A stretch of DNA of 64,000 nucleotides from Balanoglossus misakiensis (taxonomy: Eukaryota > Animalia > Hemichordata). This document shows, piece by piece, positions 61,480-64,000 of the stretch; position 1 is the stretch's first letter, and every line of letters begins with the position of its first letter. The stretch spans positions 15,919,028 through 15,983,027 of the forward strand of contig CM082576.2 in assembly GCA_040954595.2 (NCBI GenBank). Reading direction: 5' to 3'. The notes under the pieces were generated by a model, which was given only the letters and a program-made list of their open reading frames with translations, searched no databases and was not told the DNA's origin. The translations under genes were made by a program, and so were the position numbers.

Positions 61480-62212
61480 GGTGGCACTGCATGAAACAGT
61501 CGAGACTTTTTCAGAGGCCTATTTCTCATCAAAGAAAAAGTTAAAACCCCCATAAACCATATATATTCTGGAAGCTGAGATTTTGAACGTTTGTTTGAGT
61601 TGCAAATATTATTGATCCCCGGAAATGGTGGCGATTTTGGGTGAAAAAACCCATTTTTTGATATTATGTCATGAAATTTAAAATAGGTAAAAAAGTTGAC
61701 CATGCATCATGCATCTTAATATGTCATTCAAAACTAGAGTACACGTGAAAAAAAACGCTAATTTTGTTTTGCGTTATCTGCTTCCATTGAGGAGTAACAG
61801 CGTTTAAAAGTTAGATTTTCAGAAAATTTGATCAAATTCACGGTGAGTTGTATTGAATCAGAGTTTATTCCCGCCAGGGACACTTTATCGACAAACAAAA
61901 CTAGCGTTTTGTTGGATGGGTCATACACAATTCCCTGTCAAAATTTGAGCAAATTCGGCCAACGCAGGGCGAAGCTATTTTAGTCCGAAGTTGTCAAGAG
62001 CAGCGAAAATGCAAACTGAGAAAAACGGCTATTTGCATTGTTGACACCTATTTGTTAAGCTGTGAACTCATTCAGAAAAGTGCTATTTTGGGGTGATTAT
62101 GCACCATTTCCGCCAAGACGTATTAGTCAGGTTGTGGGTCAGTATTAGGCCTACCGATTTATGTAAAAAAGTAAAATTTGGCAAAAATCACAACTTTTCA
62201 TGCAATGCCACC
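61480..62212 (+). mobile_element. TTAA-flanked MITE (Kolobok-type)
   Basis: TTAA|GGTGGCACTGCATGAAA...TTTCATGCAATGCCACC|TTAA; second copy at 15277-16009. Confidence 0.9.
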
Positions 62213-62332
62213 TTAACTATCATTTCATAAAAATAGACAAAGAAAGTCAAGATTAGCTGTAGGCCAATTTGCATCGAGTAGACAGTTAAACATGAAAATC
62301 GCAAATCATCTTAAGGTATTAAACCGCTTAGT

Positions 62333-62333
<1 letters not shown>

Positions 62334-62378
<45 letters not shown>
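62334..62378. repeat. Poly-T tract (~45 nt)
   Basis: Direct observation; could be a retroposed A-tail on the minus strand. Confidence 0.85.
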
Positions 62379-62379
<1 letters not shown>

Positions 62380-63327
62380 ATTGTCGAATGGGCGGCAAAC
62401 ATCCAGGGTGCCAAAGTAAATTTTAGAGCTGAAAGGGGATTCGTGTAAGGAGAGGGGGTTCACTTAATTTTCGGCCGTGTCCATTTGTCCATTCAGTTTA
62501 TTTCAACGCGAGTGTCATGGTGTGTAAATTAATTCACTCTGGACTTTTTTCTTAAAAAACACCCGTCCCCAGTGGATGGTACTCTCTCACCTTTAGACCA
62601 CATCATTAAACTTTCGTGTGATCCTTTGTAGTGCTGTGCCGAAAAGGGTCGTTTCTGACAGGCAATTTCCTCATAAAAGTTTATTCTTGTTCATGTTAAA
62701 AGAGAAGAGAGGGGGAACTAAATCTGGCGATCTCTCTATGTCTGCGATACAATCAATCTTGAAAATGGTCATTTTAAAACAGAATCCAAGTCCTTCGAAC
62801 CACCATGTTTTATTTATAAAAATGTCCACACAAGTACAATGTTTTTAGTCCACCTGACATTTCTCCAATGTTCGTGAGCGCCTAACGTGGCATTTCATAC
62901 CGTCACACATTGTGTCTTCTGTAAGCTTGTGCTTGTAAAAAGTATAGTCACCTCCAATTTACATACGCTCATATATATGGCTGAAATGGCGTAGTTGAGC
63001 GTTCTAAAGAACATATGGTGGCGCTCTTTTTTCGCGTCTGCCACCCACTGAAAATCTGTGATTGGCTAGATCTCAATTTGCCATGGTAACTATAGCTAAT
63101 TTTCCATAGGTGACCGTATACCTTTAATGCCTCGTTTTCTTCTACGCCATTTTCTATACTACGTCGTGTTACTGTCTTACAATACAGACTTGCCTATAAA
63201 CGAGTAGGTGAAAAGTAATCACAATACATATTGAAGATACCATCTTTTGAAGGTCTCTTTTAGGTATGCTCGTTCGCTGGAGGGCACCTACGGGAAGAAT
63301 GTTCACTATCCCCGGAGAAAGTGTTTT

Positions 63328-63600
63328 CAGTCCGTGGTAAGACTGACCAAGAGTCGTCTCTCCAAATCCCAACCTTGCGTGACTCATTTAGATGTTATCC
63401 ACCGCCAAATATCCCTCTTACGCATCTGAAATCCAACCGACACTTTCCATAATACGTCCCGAACGTGCTGTATATCCTGATTTCACTTCCGTCGCCATAG
63501 TAGCAGACACTGTGGAACGGGTACTTGTCGTCAGGGACATCCAGATTAGTCCACATCAGGTGGTCTTTAAAGTACCAGGAGTGATGAGTGTTTATTGATA
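63328..63600 (-). pseudogene. Pseudogenised last exon of a TauD/DdaC-like dioxygenase paralogue
   Basis: HHSWYFKDHLMWTNLDVPDDKYPFHSVCYYGDGSEI / QHVRDVLWKVSVGFQMRKRDI / VDNI*MSHARLGF / RLLVSLTTD*, with frameshifts and an internal stop. Confidence 0.8.
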
Positions 63601-64000
63601 TGTCGAAAGGTTATCGTGGGATCGAGTTGACTTGAGTCAAGAACATGCGTCCGTTAAAAGATGCCATGTTGGTATTTTAAAATTGCATGGTGGCTAAAAA
63701 CGATAATCAGTAGCTTAGACGATCTCCCGGTTTCGCGTCATACGAGTCCTTACGCTGTGCTCGGGCCTGGTCATACCCCATCCTACTATCACATAAAAAA
63801 GATTAATTTCGAGGTGGTATTAAAAGTACGTCTAGGTCACTGAACCATCCTGCAATCGTTGTCACGTGAGCAGGGTTCCAGAATCGAGTTGGTCTGACTT
63901 TTAGGTCAATTCCACGTTGGTAAAATGTCCAGCACCTTTTATATAGTCATGGAGTAGCTCCATGGCACAGTTGTCTGCGCAACGCACACGAAAAGGGACC

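Overview
This is a eukaryotic, AT-rich window made up mostly of transposable elements. Spliceosomal GT-AG introns and the mix of TE families suggest a marine invertebrate (inference). Nested mobile DNA dominates: a young BEL/Pao LTR retrotransposon (38112-45728), a Gypsy-type element with CG...CG LTRs and a 3-bp TSD (Troyka-like, 18031-22725), an Ngaro-type split-direct-repeat retroelement with intact gag and RT/RNase H but no tyrosine recombinase (49316-53697), and a decayed YR-containing relative beside it. A CACTA-terminated 10.9-kb element carries a BEN-domain remnant and a Crypton-like recombinase fragment. The rest includes TTAA/Kolobok-type elements, LINE remnants and several large foldback inverted repeats. 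Host genes are sparse: exon 1 of a TauD/DdaC-like dioxygenase, a pseudogenised last exon of a paralogue, and the probable first two exons of an unidentified gene near the window start. Two signals stand out. One is four long hairpins with unrelated arms that share a covarying cap (tandem GA mismatch plus mini-stem, GNA triloop in three), three of them clustered around the Crypton fragment. The other is the recombinase-less Ngaro element, whose gag and pol lie in one frame separated by a single TGA. All identities and coordinates were read by eye.
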